From Kiritimatiellia bacterium (lineage in GTDB: Bacteria > Verrucomicrobiota > Kiritimatiellia > RFP12 > UBA1067), in the NCBI GenBank assembly GCA_024694365.1, contig JAILJX010000099.1, positions 6,250 to 70,249 on the forward strand: a DNA stretch of 64,000 bases. Direction: 5' to 3'. Made by a program: the position numbers and the translations under genes. Shown here in pieces: positions 15,865-25,904 of this stretch (positions within the stretch are counted from its first letter, which is position 1; the number at the start of each line of letters is the position of its first letter). Below the pieces are notes generated by a model that saw only the letters and a list, made by a program, of their open reading frames with translations, made no database searches and had not been told where the DNA came from.

Positions 15865-18800
15865 TCAACCTACCCAATCATTCATCGGCAACCAATCCAA
15901 AGCGTTGCGCATCTCGGCAAAATCGTTGTCCGCCTCAAACAGCCGCTTCCAGCGCGACTTTAAATCCTCCACCTTGATTCGCCTACGCTTGGCCTCTTCC
16001 ATAGAAATTACCGAAATACGGGCTCCATAAACGCCCATAACCAATCTGTCTTCAACCGAGCCACCTAACGACGCAAACTTCAAGCGGTCGAGATAAGAGC
16101 CCAGCAATTCGCACATCTCAACAAAATCCGCTTCCCGAAGGTACCGGGTCGCACTCCCGACCAATATACAAACTTGCGTCACATCAATCGCCCTTGCATA
16201 CCGGATGTACGACAGAAACTGTGTCGTCACCTTGGGACTCCGATCCTTTAGCGCGCGGGCGACAAAATTCATCCCACAGTCACACAAGAACCGGACGCCA
16301 GACACCAAATCCCTAAACGCTCCGTCGGCAAACTCGCTGACAAGGCCTTTGCCTTTGCAAAATGACAACATGTAATCGTGCAGGCCTGCCCCGACGCCCG
16401 CCTTGTACACGGTGCGCAACACTCTTCCATCTCGGCGGGGGATTTCGCCATCGTTTTTCCGTAGCACGCAAACCAACGCCTGGAATACAGCGATGAGATT
16501 TTCAACATCGCACTGAGCTTGAGTCACCGTCGTCATGTCCACTCGCGCTCCTGACGCTGCATCGGCCTTGTACCTGCTGCAACACCCTTCCCATGCGCCG
16601 GCAAATCTTGCCAGCGTCCGCCCGACGGCCTCCGCTACGTCATGCTCTGGAAATTTCGCCTCCGACAACACGGAAAGAATTTTTATCGCCTCTCCGCAAT
16701 CCATGAGAGGATCAATCTTCGCGAGCCTACCCAGACAAAAGCCGATCACGTCTTTTCGCTTGCAGACTCCTGTCAACATTCCCGGGTGCAGAAGCTTAAG
16801 CAGCGCAGCCGATTTCCCTTCGACCGCCGCGACAATTGCAGCGCCCATCCCCGCAGCCACCGAAGGGGGCAAACGCCACATCTTTCCGGAGATTGAAGCA
16901 CTACACGCGGCCCACATCCTGCGCCTGCCGTCCTGTGAGTACAGGTCTTCCAAAACCCTTGACCATTTGCAGTGCATGCCTATCCGCTTGGCATTCTTCC
17001 TGATGTAAGCGCCCCATCTGCCGTAGATCGCGCGCATCGGATGCTCGCATGCATATTCTCGGAGTACAACGAGGTAAGGGGGCGGGCAAGGACAATCCTG
17101 ACAAATCGGCAACAAAGGCTCCAATTCATCCTTTTGCAAGGAGTCGACCAGCAGGCTGAACGCTTCATCAAGGACAGGGCCACGTTTTTGGGCGAAATCG
17201 GAATCATAAAGCGAAACAAGCGTGGCGGCGACATTTCTCTTGGTCTCCAAAGCTGCAATTCGGCAGCAGAGGCAGCCCAAGGCCAAGACGCGACAGGCCG
17301 TCATGTCTCCAGAGGCCTGGTTTTTGGATCTGTCGATGCGAATACTTTCAACCAATGAGTTCGCGATGATATTTGCGCTGCCTGAAGATATTCTCCCAAC
17401 CATAGCCCTGCTGAAAACACCTTTCTTGTCAACCGGGATGCCAACCAGGGACAGGACATGCATAGCCTGACCCAACGGCAGATTCAGAAAGCCGGCCACA
17501 AGCTTCTCGGCGGAAATCCCCTTACAAGCCAACTTGTCAACAAAGCGCAACGGAACTCCCGCCTGCTCCATGGAGACGAGCAGCGCCGAAGTAACCGGAT
17601 ATGAATGGTCGCGCCACGAGAAGCCGGGAATCGTAATTGTTTCACCGACACGGAAAGACCTTTTGTCGCCACGCTCTTTCCCCGGCACTTCGAGTTCATC
17701 CTCGCTCAAGCGCTCCGCCAGCGCACCCAGTTCATCGCGAAAGGAACATTTGTGCGCCCTTAGGATCGCCCACCGGTCCAGATCATGGTATTCTTCGCGG
17801 ATGTGGACCTCACCAGTCGAGCCTTCCGCCCTGCCAGCCTCCAAACTCGACAGATAGCACAAGGTCATGACGATGGATTCCTGCGAAGCTCGCCTCATAT
17901 CTTCGCCGCCATATTTGTCCAGGCCGCAATCGCGGATTGCGGAAACGCTCTTCATGAATTTTTCACTCTGGCATTGATCGCACGACACTGACATCTCAAG
18001 GGCCGTTTTCTGCGCCACCCACCACCCGTCTGTCGCGGCAACCGACCATTCGCGAAGCAAGGTCTCAGCGCGGTCTAGCTTGTTAAGATATATCGCGCAT
18101 AGCACTCGTTCTTTGCTTAATTTATGCCGCTGCTCGGAATTGAGGAGTTTGGAACTGTCTGAGAGATGATTCTCGATCCGTTCCCATTCCGAGAAATCAC
18201 CCCCCAGTCGGCATGATTCCATCAAGTATAGAAACAGGTCCACTGATTGGGGGCTGTCCTTTCGGGCCCAAGCCTCCCTCGAAAAAAGCGCATTCAGTTT
18301 TGGCGAAAAGGATAGCGCGTAATGGCATTTCTGAAGCACCCATGCCATCTCACACACAAACGCGTGCAACTCGGCAGTCGAGTCTGAGCGAAGAAATTTA
18401 AATGCGCACCTTATAAGTGACGTCGCCTGATGCCAGAGTCGCCGAAGGTATTCATTGGGCAGCATCTCCCATCCCGGATAGGAATTCCGCTGGGTCTTCA
18501 ACTTCATTATCACTTTTCTGAACGCCGACTTCTGCTCTTCACTCGTCGCCGTCAGGGATTCCATTACGCCTCCTGTTGCCTCCACATCCGCATCTATCCA
18601 GCCCCGGCGCTTAACCCGACCTGCCAGCCCGTCAAGAAACATCCGCATGGCTTCTTTGTTTGGATCAGCGCACCCATGGACCATTTTGGCATAATTCACT
18701 ACGTGTATCTTCCGGCGCTCCAGCAATTTAATCTCCGACTTCCTGAACGCGAACTGTCCGATCAAATACACCTTGCAGCCGTTTTTACCCAAGACGTCCC

Positions 18801-19434
18801 TGATCCAGCCCAACCATCCGAGAAAGTTCGGATCCGTCCCCGAAAACCCGACCAGGCACAATGTGTTCTCCATCATGTCTTGTCTGACCGTATTGACAAA
18901 ACACGGGAAATCCAGCGGATATTTTCTGTAATCCTCCTTTGTTATCACATACGGCCTCCTCGCTGGCACATCTCCCCGAAAACTGCCGTGCAGTTTTATT
19001 ATCCTGGGAATATGCTCCTTGGGCAGATCGGACTCCCTCGTCACGAGCCCATAGCGACGATCCAGGACCTCATGTCTGGCTTTTTCCAACAAAGTGTCAT
19101 AATTCGTGGTCAGCACGTCCGCCCAAGGAAGCTTCAGGAGCTTGACATGGAAATCCAAATCAACTTTACGAGGCACCGCCGTAGTCTCAAGCACTGCATT
19201 GAGCGTCGACCGTTTCAACTCCGACTCGACTTCTTCAGCAAGATCAAGGATGTCGGAAGGCTTTTGGTCTTCACGCAAGCGCAAGACTTCGCAAAACTTT
19301 TTCGCCAATCCCCACCACAAGGGCATTTCAGGGTCGGAATTTCGGCTGAACCCGGCGCCGACGAGGACTACGGCGCGGTTCGCCATCAGCCGGTTGGCTA
19401 TGTAATCAATGTCGGCATCAATAGATTTGCGCAT
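15865..19434 (-). CDS. SIR2-family (SIR2_2-like) N-terminal domain protein with about 900-aa uncharacterised C-terminal region; DSR-like
   Basis: N-terminal motifs AVVLVGAGFSRNS, VLTTNYDTLLEKA, IIKLHGSF and CLVGFSGTDPNFLGWL are typical of defence-type sirtuin domains. ATG 19434 has GAGGT 8 nt upstream; the track start 19458 is a TTG. GC is visibly lower than in the left block. Confidence 0.8.
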   Translation of the reverse strand: MRKSIDADIDYIANRLMANRAVVLVGAGFSRNSDPEMPLWWGLAKKFCEVLRLREDQKPSDILDLAEEVESELKRSTLNAVLETTAVPRKVDLDFHVKLLKLPWADVLTTNYDTLLEKARHEVLDRRYGLVTRESDLPKEHIPRIIKLHGSFRGDVPARRPYVITKEDYRKYPLDFPCFVNTVRQDMMENTLCLVGFSGTDPNFLGWLGWIRDVLGKNGCKVYLIGQFAFRKSEIKLLERRKIHVVNYAKMVHGCADPNKEAMRMFLDGLAGRVKRRGWIDADVEATGGVMESLTATSEEQKSAFRKVIMKLKTQRNSYPGWEMLPNEYLRRLWHQATSLIRCAFKFLRSDSTAELHAFVCEMAWVLQKCHYALSFSPKLNALFSREAWARKDSPQSVDLFLYLMESCRLGGDFSEWERIENHLSDSSKLLNSEQRHKLSKERVLCAIYLNKLDRAETLLREWSVAATDGWWVAQKTALEMSVSCDQCQSEKFMKSVSAIRDCGLDKYGGEDMRRASQESIVMTLCYLSSLEAGRAEGSTGEVHIREEYHDLDRWAILRAHKCSFRDELGALAERLSEDELEVPGKERGDKRSFRVGETITIPGFSWRDHSYPVTSALLVSMEQAGVPLRFVDKLACKGISAEKLVAGFLNLPLGQAMHVLSLVGIPVDKKGVFSRAMVGRISSGSANIIANSLVESIRIDRSKNQASGDMTACRVLALGCLCCRIAALETKRNVAATLVSLYDSDFAQKRGPVLDEAFSLLVDSLQKDELEPLLPICQDCPCPPPYLVVLREYACEHPMRAIYGRWGAYIRKNAKRIGMHCKWSRVLEDLYSQDGRRRMWAACSASISGKMWRLPPSVAAGMGAAIVAAVEGKSAALLKLLHPGMLTGVCKRKDVIGFCLGRLAKIDPLMDCGEAIKILSVLSEAKFPEHDVAEAVGRTLARFAGAWEGCCSRYKADAASGARVDMTTVTQAQCDVENLIAVFQALVCVLRKNDGEIPRRDGRVLRTVYKAGVGAGLHDYMLSFCKGKGLVSEFADGAFRDLVSGVRFLCDCGMNFVARALKDRSPKVTTQFLSYIRYARAIDVTQVCILVGSATRYLREADFVEMCELLGSYLDRLKFASLGGSVEDRLVMGVYGARISVISMEEAKRRRIKVEDLKSRWKRLFEADNDFAEMRNALDWLPMNDWVG

Positions 19435-19470
19435 TTCCGTTCTACCTCGCGAAATCAAATCGACCCCGTT

Positions 19471-20106
19471 TCACCCCAAACACATCTTTCCGCTTTTGTC
19501 GACCTTGCACCACAAATCTGGCCGTTGTGCGGCATGCCGCGCACTCATTTCGTCATATGTCATTGCACAGAATTTTCCATCGGCGAACCACTCGGATTTA
19601 CATCTCTCGATAGTCTCGCCAAATACAACGAAGCATCCAAAATGATAGCCAAGCCACTCAGGATCGACGCACTCTCGCAACTTGTCCCTGTCCTCTTCGA
19701 AATCTTCTTTACTGTCATGGAGTTTAAATTCAAACATGCATAAGTTTCTTTGCGGATTGCCCCTGTAATGCACAACCATATCGGGTCGCATGTGCAACCT
19801 TCCAGAATTTGCGCCTGTGCGTGGTTTTTGAGCCTCTTCTTGACCGACCTTGTCGTATTCCAAATCAATTCTCAAGCGCTCATCGCGGAATTGGCTGTAC
19901 ACCGCCTCATGGAAGTAGCGATAGAAATTTCCCACCAGACTGGGCTCGTTCACACCGAGCCTCAACAAATCGGCATCAAGTCGATAGAAATTCTGCAGCG
20001 CAGACACCAGCCCGCTCAAAAGTATCCCGAACTCCTCATTTGCATCCATGCGCGCCTTTGCTCCCTGATTGCGGGTTTTGAGCATGCTGGCATTTGCTTG
20101 AAACAT
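19471..20106 (-). CDS. PD-(D/E)xK nuclease-like hypothetical protein
   Basis: Core RPDMVVHYRGNPQRNLCMFEFKLHD gives D-x16-E-x-K after a helix containing E (GVNEPSLVGNFYRYFHE). Its stop lies 36 nt upstream of the SIR2 ATG. The start is uncertain (ATG 20106, 20085 or 20049); the track start 20214 overlaps the epimerase gene by 104 nt. Confidence 0.55.
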   Translation of the reverse strand: MFQANASMLKTRNQGAKARMDANEEFGILLSGLVSALQNFYRLDADLLRLGVNEPSLVGNFYRYFHEAVYSQFRDERLRIDLEYDKVGQEEAQKPRTGANSGRLHMRPDMVVHYRGNPQRNLCMFEFKLHDSKEDFEEDRDKLRECVDPEWLGYHFGCFVVFGETIERCKSEWFADGKFCAMTYDEMSARHAAQRPDLWCKVDKSGKMCLG

Positions 20107-20110
20107 CTCT

Positions 20111-21088
20111 CTACACCGCAATTCTTCCGGACGTGACAGCCCTGAGCGTCGCATCGATGCCTCGCTCCAAATCATACTCCGGCTTCCACCCGAGAGCGAG
20201 CACCTTGCTCGCATCCAATTTCCAGGTCGGAATCTGCTCCAGCGCCCTGTCTTCCTTTGGCGGCGCGACCACGAACTCGACCCCCGCGACCTTGGCTACA
20301 GTCTCCGCAAACGCCTTTTCCGTGCAACACGATTCGGGATTCGCCACGTTGTAGGCCGTCATGATCTTCCCGTCTTCCACCACTTTCATTATCGCCTTCG
20401 CGCAATCCGCCGAATAGATGTAGCTGCCGACCAGCTCTCCGCTGTTTCGGCATATTACGTCCTTCCCCTTCGCCGCCACGCGCAGCCAGCGGGTGGGCGC
20501 ACGCTTGTCGTTCTCGGATGCGCCCGGCCCGTACACATAGCCGGTCCTCACGATGGAAACGTCGATATTGTATTGCGACACGCACGACGTGCACAGCATC
20601 TCGCCCGTCATCGCACCGACGGTGCAGCTGGACATGGGATCGCACAAATCGACATCTCCGGGCGCATCTTCCTCGCAGAATCCGTTTTCCGGAGCGGCCG
20701 CGGGCGCTCCGTAGACGTCGCCGGATGAAACATAGACCACCCGCGTATTGCGCCGCAATATCGCGTAGCCGAGAATCTTTTGGACGCCCGTATATTCCCC
20801 CATCAGAGCGCCGGTGGGATCCGAAGCGACGATACCCGCAAGATCGTTGCTCCCCGCATGGATTATCACATCCAAACCCTCGTCGACCTTCAGGTTGCCG
20901 AGAACATCGAATTCCGCAAATTCCAGATTTGGACGCCTCCCGAAGAGCCTCCACAGCTTCTTGGCGTCTCGCCCCGCCGCAACGACGGATACCGTCTCCA
21001 GCTTCAGCAACTCTCGCACAAGGGCAGCGCCCACAAGGCCATCCGCCCCTGTAACATAGACCCGTTTGCCCGACCAGTAGTCTTTCAT
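20111..21088 (-). CDS. NAD-dependent epimerase/dehydratase (SDR family)
   Basis: KRVYVTGADGLVGAALVRELL Rossmann motif, about 325 aa, lies in a sugar locus. Confidence 0.85.
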   Translation of the reverse strand: MKDYWSGKRVYVTGADGLVGAALVRELLKLETVSVVAAGRDAKKLWRLFGRRPNLEFAEFDVLGNLKVDEGLDVIIHAGSNDLAGIVASDPTGALMGEYTGVQKILGYAILRRNTRVVYVSSGDVYGAPAAAPENGFCEEDAPGDVDLCDPMSSCTVGAMTGEMLCTSCVSQYNIDVSIVRTGYVYGPGASENDKRAPTRWLRVAAKGKDVICRNSGELVGSYIYSADCAKAIMKVVEDGKIMTAYNVANPESCCTEKAFAETVAKVAGVEFVVAPPKEDRALEQIPTWKLDASKVLALGWKPEYDLERGIDATLRAVTSGRIAV

Positions 21089-21151
21089 ATTATTTTGACC
21101 ACCCCTTCCTGTCTAACTCAAAGCAAAGAAATCGGTGGCTGTTACGCGACA

Positions 21152-22012
21152 TCAATCAACCATATACATAAGCGCGTCCTTCAGGAGTTTGACTCTCATT
21201 TCCTCCGAACCATCGCGGTATCCGCGCAAGTAAAACCCTTGTCTCTCTGGCATATCTTTCCACGATGGCGCGCCATCAGTTGTGATAACAGGTTTCCCTC
21301 GCTCCAATGCCTCGGCGACGACCAGTGCGAAGTTGTCGCTCAGCGTTGGGAGACATAACACATCCGCCCAATCCCAGGCTTTCTCGAGTTCCTTCCCATG
21401 CGCATTGGAAACCTCCCGAAGTTCTATGCAATCAACATTGCATCCAGGCACTTTGTCTCTACAATAGCGGTTCAATTCCGCAACAGCCTGCTCAAGATAC
21501 TCGGTGCCTTTCAATGGATGACGCCGCCCCAAGTACAAAACGTTAATCGCCTGCATTCCGCTCTTCTCAGGGAACTTCACGCTCTCGGGTATCTTAAAAA
21601 ATCGCTTTATGTCCGCAACCTCAATCTCTGGACAATCCGTCCCTAAATACTCCTCTATCCACCTCTTCTCCTCCTCACACGTCGCAACAATCCTCTTGCA
21701 CCTCCTGAGCGCCCACCTCTCGATAGGTCCGACGAGCCACTTCTTCCAGCCATGATACTTCAGCCTAACCGGATCATAGCAAGCCTCAGGCATCCTCACA
21801 GCCTTCTTCGCCCAAAGATTTGCCCACCAAAGACATGGCATCCAGCCACAGTGAATCCAGACCTCATCCGCCGCCCTAAGTTCCCATATCGTCGCCCAGC
21901 GCCTGAATACCACCTCGTGCCCCGCCTTGCGTTGTTCGTCCATTATGAACCTCGCAATGACAGCCGCTCCATTCCACTGCTCCCAACCGTTCGATATGTG
22001 AAGATATTTCAT
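21152..22012 (-). CDS. glycosyltransferase family 4 (GT1 fold)
   Basis: LGRRHPLKG..., VLCLPTLSDNFALVVAEALERGKPVITTD (E-x7-E-like region). ATG 22012 overlaps the upstream stop (ATGA). Confidence 0.8.
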   Translation of the reverse strand: MKYLHISNGWEQWNGAAVIARFIMDEQRKAGHEVVFRRWATIWELRAADEVWIHCGWMPCLWWANLWAKKAVRMPEACYDPVRLKYHGWKKWLVGPIERWALRRCKRIVATCEEEKRWIEEYLGTDCPEIEVADIKRFFKIPESVKFPEKSGMQAINVLYLGRRHPLKGTEYLEQAVAELNRYCRDKVPGCNVDCIELREVSNAHGKELEKAWDWADVLCLPTLSDNFALVVAEALERGKPVITTDGAPSWKDMPERQGFYLRGYRDGSEEMRVKLLKDALMYMVD

Positions 22013-22764
22013 ACCAATATTTCCTTCCAGCACTTGCCCTTAAATCGGTTCGTATCAAGTTTACGCATAAGCCAAGTTCCATCAATGACACTAGCGCACC
22101 TATTAACATAGCGCCAAAATCCAGACGATTGAACATCATGACGCACATCGACAACCGCTCTCTCTTTTATTAGGGCACCACTATTCCTCCCACTAAAAGT
22201 CTTAGATCCATCATGCTCACGAAACCCCCAAATATAAGCCTCAACACTCTCAAACTTTATACTTTTTTTTGCCCACCGTGTCCACAAATCTATATCCATG
22301 ACATACTTTAAATCCGTATCGGCCCCCCCATATTCCATCCACACATCCCGTCTAAAGAATGAAGAAGGCCCTCCAGTCCAGACATCAAGCTTTTTCCCAA
22401 ACCACGAATGCCATCTGGCATCGGTCCTTACCTCAACAATCTCTCCACAAGCATTAAAATATATCGAATTACCGGTAATCCACTTCAGCCCATTCATCCG
22501 ATTCATCAGGGCTGTTACTTTATCAAGTGCACGCGGCAACAATACATCGTCCGCATTTAACCAAAATAGCCACTCACCCTTAGCCTTAGCGAACCCTCTG
22601 TTGAGCGCATCGCTCTGCCCATTATCAGGCTCCACATCTCCGTCTTGAACAATAATCTCCAAGTCTTCGCCAAGCCCCTGACCCCTGAGACTATCAATGG
22701 CCTCGGCGAAGTAAGGCCTTTCACCCTTCACAGGAACTACACAGCTGAACAACGGTGTCCTCAT
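22009..22764 (-). CDS. glycosyltransferase family 2
   Basis: FSCVVPVKGERPYFAEAIDSLRGQ...IIVQDG...GQSDALNRGFAKAKGEWLFWLNADD. Confidence 0.85.
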   Translation of the reverse strand: MRTPLFSCVVPVKGERPYFAEAIDSLRGQGLGEDLEIIVQDGDVEPDNGQSDALNRGFAKAKGEWLFWLNADDVLLPRALDKVTALMNRMNGLKWITGNSIYFNACGEIVEVRTDARWHSWFGKKLDVWTGGPSSFFRRDVWMEYGGADTDLKYVMDIDLWTRWAKKSIKFESVEAYIWGFREHDGSKTFSGRNSGALIKERAVVDVRHDVQSSGFWRYVNRCASVIDGTWLMRKLDTNRFKGKCWKEILV

Positions 22765-23513
22765 CTAAACACCCAGTAGCCTGCCAAACCGATCCACTCA
22801 TGGAATGCATAGCAGTTGGTCGCATACGCGTTGAAATCCGGCAACAAGTCTGTAATCGAGAATCCCTTCGCCGCCATCATCGAATTCTCGAAATCCGCCG
22901 GTGCGCACACTACCTCCACCGATGGCGCATACCTCTCAAACATCATTCTCGCCCGCTTCATATGCCATGCGCTCGTCACGAGAAGGATCTTCTTGATCCT
23001 CATCTTCTCGATGCTCTTCGCCTCCTCCTCAGTATTGCGTGCATCATCCACAGTCCCCAGCGCATCCTCAGGTATACCAAAATCCCTCAACAGCGGGAAA
23101 GTCTTCTCTTCTACGCGCGAACTCGTCGCCAATATCTTAGGCGCCTTCCCAGCCTTGTATAACCTAGCCGCCTGCCAAATCCTGTCGGCGCTCGTCCACA
23201 TCTCGGCATAGTTGCTGAGGTTAGTCTCTATGCCCATTGATCCGCCCAATACAACTATCGCATCCGCGTCAGGGAAACTCTCTACCGTTGGCACTCTCCC
23301 ATCAACCAAGAACTCGCTCTCAAGCGGAACTCCGGTCACTCTTCCCATAATCGGCGTCATCCATATCCATAGCCAGGCTATCGCCCCAATCCCTATCCAC
23401 TTCGCGGCTCTCGCCCTCTTCAGCCTGGCGCAAACAATCGCCGCCACGCCAAGAGCCAAAGCGACCCCGATAGGACTCACCGCCCAGCCGACGATCTTAT
23501 TTATCACATACAT
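22761..23513 (-). CDS. DUF218 (YdcF/ElyC-like) membrane-anchored protein
   Basis: N-terminal TM helices, DAIVVLGGSMG and ILLVTSAWHMKRARMMFE motifs. Confidence 0.8.
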   Translation of the reverse strand: MYVINKIVGWAVSPIGVALALGVAAIVCARLKRARAAKWIGIGAIAWLWIWMTPIMGRVTGVPLESEFLVDGRVPTVESFPDADAIVVLGGSMGIETNLSNYAEMWTSADRIWQAARLYKAGKAPKILATSSRVEEKTFPLLRDFGIPEDALGTVDDARNTEEEAKSIEKMRIKKILLVTSAWHMKRARMMFERYAPSVEVVCAPADFENSMMAAKGFSITDLLPDFNAYATNCYAFHEWIGLAGYWVFR

Positions 23514-24505
23514 CTAATTTTTCCTTCTATCCAATACCTGAGCTGTGGCAACGCCTGCCTCAAAAGCCCCAATATAACCCCAGCCTTAGCCCACCCGTAC
23601 CTGCTCCTCATCCTATCGGCTAGTATCCCGAGTTCCCTGAGCCGATTCTCCGGGACGCTCCTTAAATCTTTTCTAATCCGCCTCATTATCCCGACTAGCC
23701 TGAAGGGCCGCTTCCATTCAAAGGCAAGCCCGACATACCAAAGCTCCCTCATCGCCTCCGCAGCCACTACTTCAGGCGCCCCAACTCCATTCTCCTCCAT
23801 CCAATCCCTGATTCCGCCAACTACGCCCAATATCCTCTTAGGCTCAGGCGCCCTCTTGCCGGGAAACACCCTGTAGTGATATCCTCTCCCCGGCGCGAAG
23901 GCGATGCTCTTCGCCTTGAGCGCAGTCTTCACTTGAAAGAGATTGTCCTGCCAGCATGCTCCAGGCGTCTCCTCCATCACGATCCCTTCTCGCTCCAGAA
24001 ACGCGCGATTGTATATTGCGCTCCAAATGCTGGGATGCTGCGCGAGCAGCTTTGGGCACTTCTCTATCGTGAAATCAGCCCCTTCTTTCGATTCGCCATC
24101 GAATGAAGCCGCTATCCCGCTGCCTCCAGGCCTTCCATCGTCGAAGAAGTCCACAAAACCGGTCTTGACGATATCCGCCTTTGTCTCCTCCGCGCGTTTC
24201 AAAAGGCCCACATAAAAATCGGGCTCGACCCAATCATCGGGCTCGAATATGGCGATGTATTCACCCTTCGCCATGGCGAGCCCCTTGTTGACCGCCTTCC
24301 CATATCCGCCATTCTCCTGGTGGACGGCGATGAACCGCTTGTCCTTCCTCGCGCATATATCGACAATCGCCCCGCATCCATCCTTCGAGCCGTCGTCGAC
24401 GAGTATATACTCCACCCCCTCGGCGCTCTGCTCCCTAAGGCTCTCCAGCGCCCGCCAAAGATACCTCGCAACGCCATATATAGGAACTATGACGCTAAGC
24501 CTCAT
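23504..24505 (-). CDS. glycosyltransferase family 2
   Basis: MRLSVIVPIYGVARYLWRALESLREQS...YILVDDGSKDG...GGYGKAVNKGLAMAKGEYIAIFEPDD. Confidence 0.9.
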   Translation of the reverse strand: MRLSVIVPIYGVARYLWRALESLREQSAEGVEYILVDDGSKDGCGAIVDICARKDKRFIAVHQENGGYGKAVNKGLAMAKGEYIAIFEPDDWVEPDFYVGLLKRAEETKADIVKTGFVDFFDDGRPGGSGIAASFDGESKEGADFTIEKCPKLLAQHPSIWSAIYNRAFLEREGIVMEETPGACWQDNLFQVKTALKAKSIAFAPGRGYHYRVFPGKRAPEPKRILGVVGGIRDWMEENGVGAPEVVAAEAMRELWYVGLAFEWKRPFRLVGIMRRIRKDLRSVPENRLRELGILADRMRSRYGWAKAGVILGLLRQALPQLRYWIEGKIRCM

Positions 24506-25407
24506 CCCTTTATTGCTCTTTTCCTCATTGCCTTCACCGTATTAAACACCTTCTCCGGCATAAATCTCTTTATCCTCTTTGCCCAGATCAACCTCCTCAC
24601 CTTCCTCCTCACCTCTCTATCCTCAATCGCCCCGTAAAGCTCCTTTCGCCCCTTCCCCAGCCCAGGCGCAATGAGATGCCAATAGAGTATCCCGACTTGC
24701 CATCTCTTGAACTTCTCCTCAAGCCCGGCCACCGAAGCCATAAGCCCACTCTCCACCAAATCGCCCCTGATGCGCTCTATCGCCTTGAGGATGCAAAGCG
24801 GCTCCTTCTCTCTCGTGCGCTCCAGCGACCCCGTTCTCGCTCTATGATCCACAAACTTCTCGCCAACCTCCACTACCCTCCCAGCCATCGCGAGCGCCGA
24901 GTAGGTAAACCTCGCATCATTGCTGGAGCGTATCTCCTGAAACCTAAGGCCTGTCCTCTCAATGAACTCGCGCCTGAACATCTTGTCCCAAGCCCATCCA
25001 ACCCATCTGGAATAAATGTCGACGCTTTCAACAGGCCTCTCGATGATCCTGTTCTCTTCTCCGCAAACGACAACATCCGCCGCGCTCTCATCCCCCGCTT
25101 CGACCATCGCCTCAAACATCCTCGGCGCGAATACATCATCCGAATCGAGAAAGATCAGCCACTCGCCCTTCGCCTTCTCAAGCCCCGCATTCCTCGCAGC
25201 CCCCGCATTCTCATGCGCGCGCCTCACTACCGATATCCTCTCATCCTTCTGCGCATACTCCTCCAATATCGCCGCGCTCCTGTCCTCCGAACCATCATCT
25301 ACGCAAATCAACTCCCAATCTCGGAGCGTCTGGGCGAGAATCGACTCAATCGCCTCCCCGACCCACGCTTCCGCGTCAAAAACTGGCATTATGACACTCA
25401 ACTTCAT
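24502..25407 (-). CDS. glycosyltransferase family 2
   Basis: MKLSVIMPVFDAEAWVGEAIESILAQT...LICVDDGSEDRS...AGAARNAGLEKAKGEWLIFLDSDD. Confidence 0.9.
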   Translation of the reverse strand: MKLSVIMPVFDAEAWVGEAIESILAQTLRDWELICVDDGSEDRSAAILEEYAQKDERISVVRRAHENAGAARNAGLEKAKGEWLIFLDSDDVFAPRMFEAMVEAGDESAADVVVCGEENRIIERPVESVDIYSRWVGWAWDKMFRREFIERTGLRFQEIRSSNDARFTYSALAMAGRVVEVGEKFVDHRARTGSLERTREKEPLCILKAIERIRGDLVESGLMASVAGLEEKFKRWQVGILYWHLIAPGLGKGRKELYGAIEDREVRRKVRRLIWAKRIKRFMPEKVFNTVKAMRKRAIKG

Positions 25408-25529
25408 TAATCATTCTCACTTCAATCCCTGGAGAGCAAATTTACTCCCCCTAGTTTTTTTCATCCAAGGCCAATTAAGCTCGGTCGCGCTCAACAAAAA
25501 TTGACGGCTATAACCACAACTGCACTCAT

Positions 25530-25661
25530 CTATTTCGAACTCTCCTTCCGATTTCCTTCACACTTATCCTTTTCGTCATCTCTCTCGGCAATCACCCCAG
25601 CAATCTCTTTTGCTGCGACTAGTACGCCAAACATCACCAATACTGCAATATAATACTTCAT
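25530..25661 (-). CDS. 43-aa single-TM peptide (below ORF-track cutoff)
   Basis: AGGAGG then 5 nt then ATG. MKYYIAVLVMFGVLVAAKEIAGVIAERDDEKDKCEGNRKESSK*: hydrophobic helix followed by a charged tail. Confidence 0.45.
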   Translation of the reverse strand: MKYYIAVLVMFGVLVAAKEIAGVIAERDDEKDKCEGNRKESSK

Positions 25662-25744
25662 GTTGCCCTCCTCTATAGTATTCAATGCCTAATTCTCTCA
25701 TCAGCTTAAAACCTCGCATTGACCTCATCAAAGCGGCGCTGTGT

Positions 25745-25903
25745 TTACATCTGACGCTTGCGCATCTCGTTTTGATATTCCCGGTATTGCTCCGGCGTCA
25801 TGGACTTGACCCGCTCATCCTCTCGCTTGATCAATATCCGGACAATGAGCCAAACTACGCCCAGTACGACAACCAGCGACCCGACCCCAATCAAATAGCC
25901 CAT
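25745..25903 (-). CDS. 52-aa single-TM peptide (below ORF-track cutoff)
   Basis: GGAGG then 6 nt then ATG at 25903, 1 nt after the upstream stop. MGYLIGVGSLVVVLGVVWLIVRILIKREDERVKSMTPEQYREYQNEMRKRQM*. Confidence 0.5.
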   Translation of the reverse strand: MGYLIGVGSLVVVLGVVWLIVRILIKREDERVKSMTPEQYREYQNEMRKRQM

Positions 25904-25904
25904 C

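Noticed and set aside
18430-19743. 437-aa plus-strand ORF antisense to the SIR2 gene and the nuclease-like gene
   Set aside because: It spans two minus-strand genes and their intergenic gap, and it has no motifs. The SIR2 motifs are unambiguous on the minus strand.
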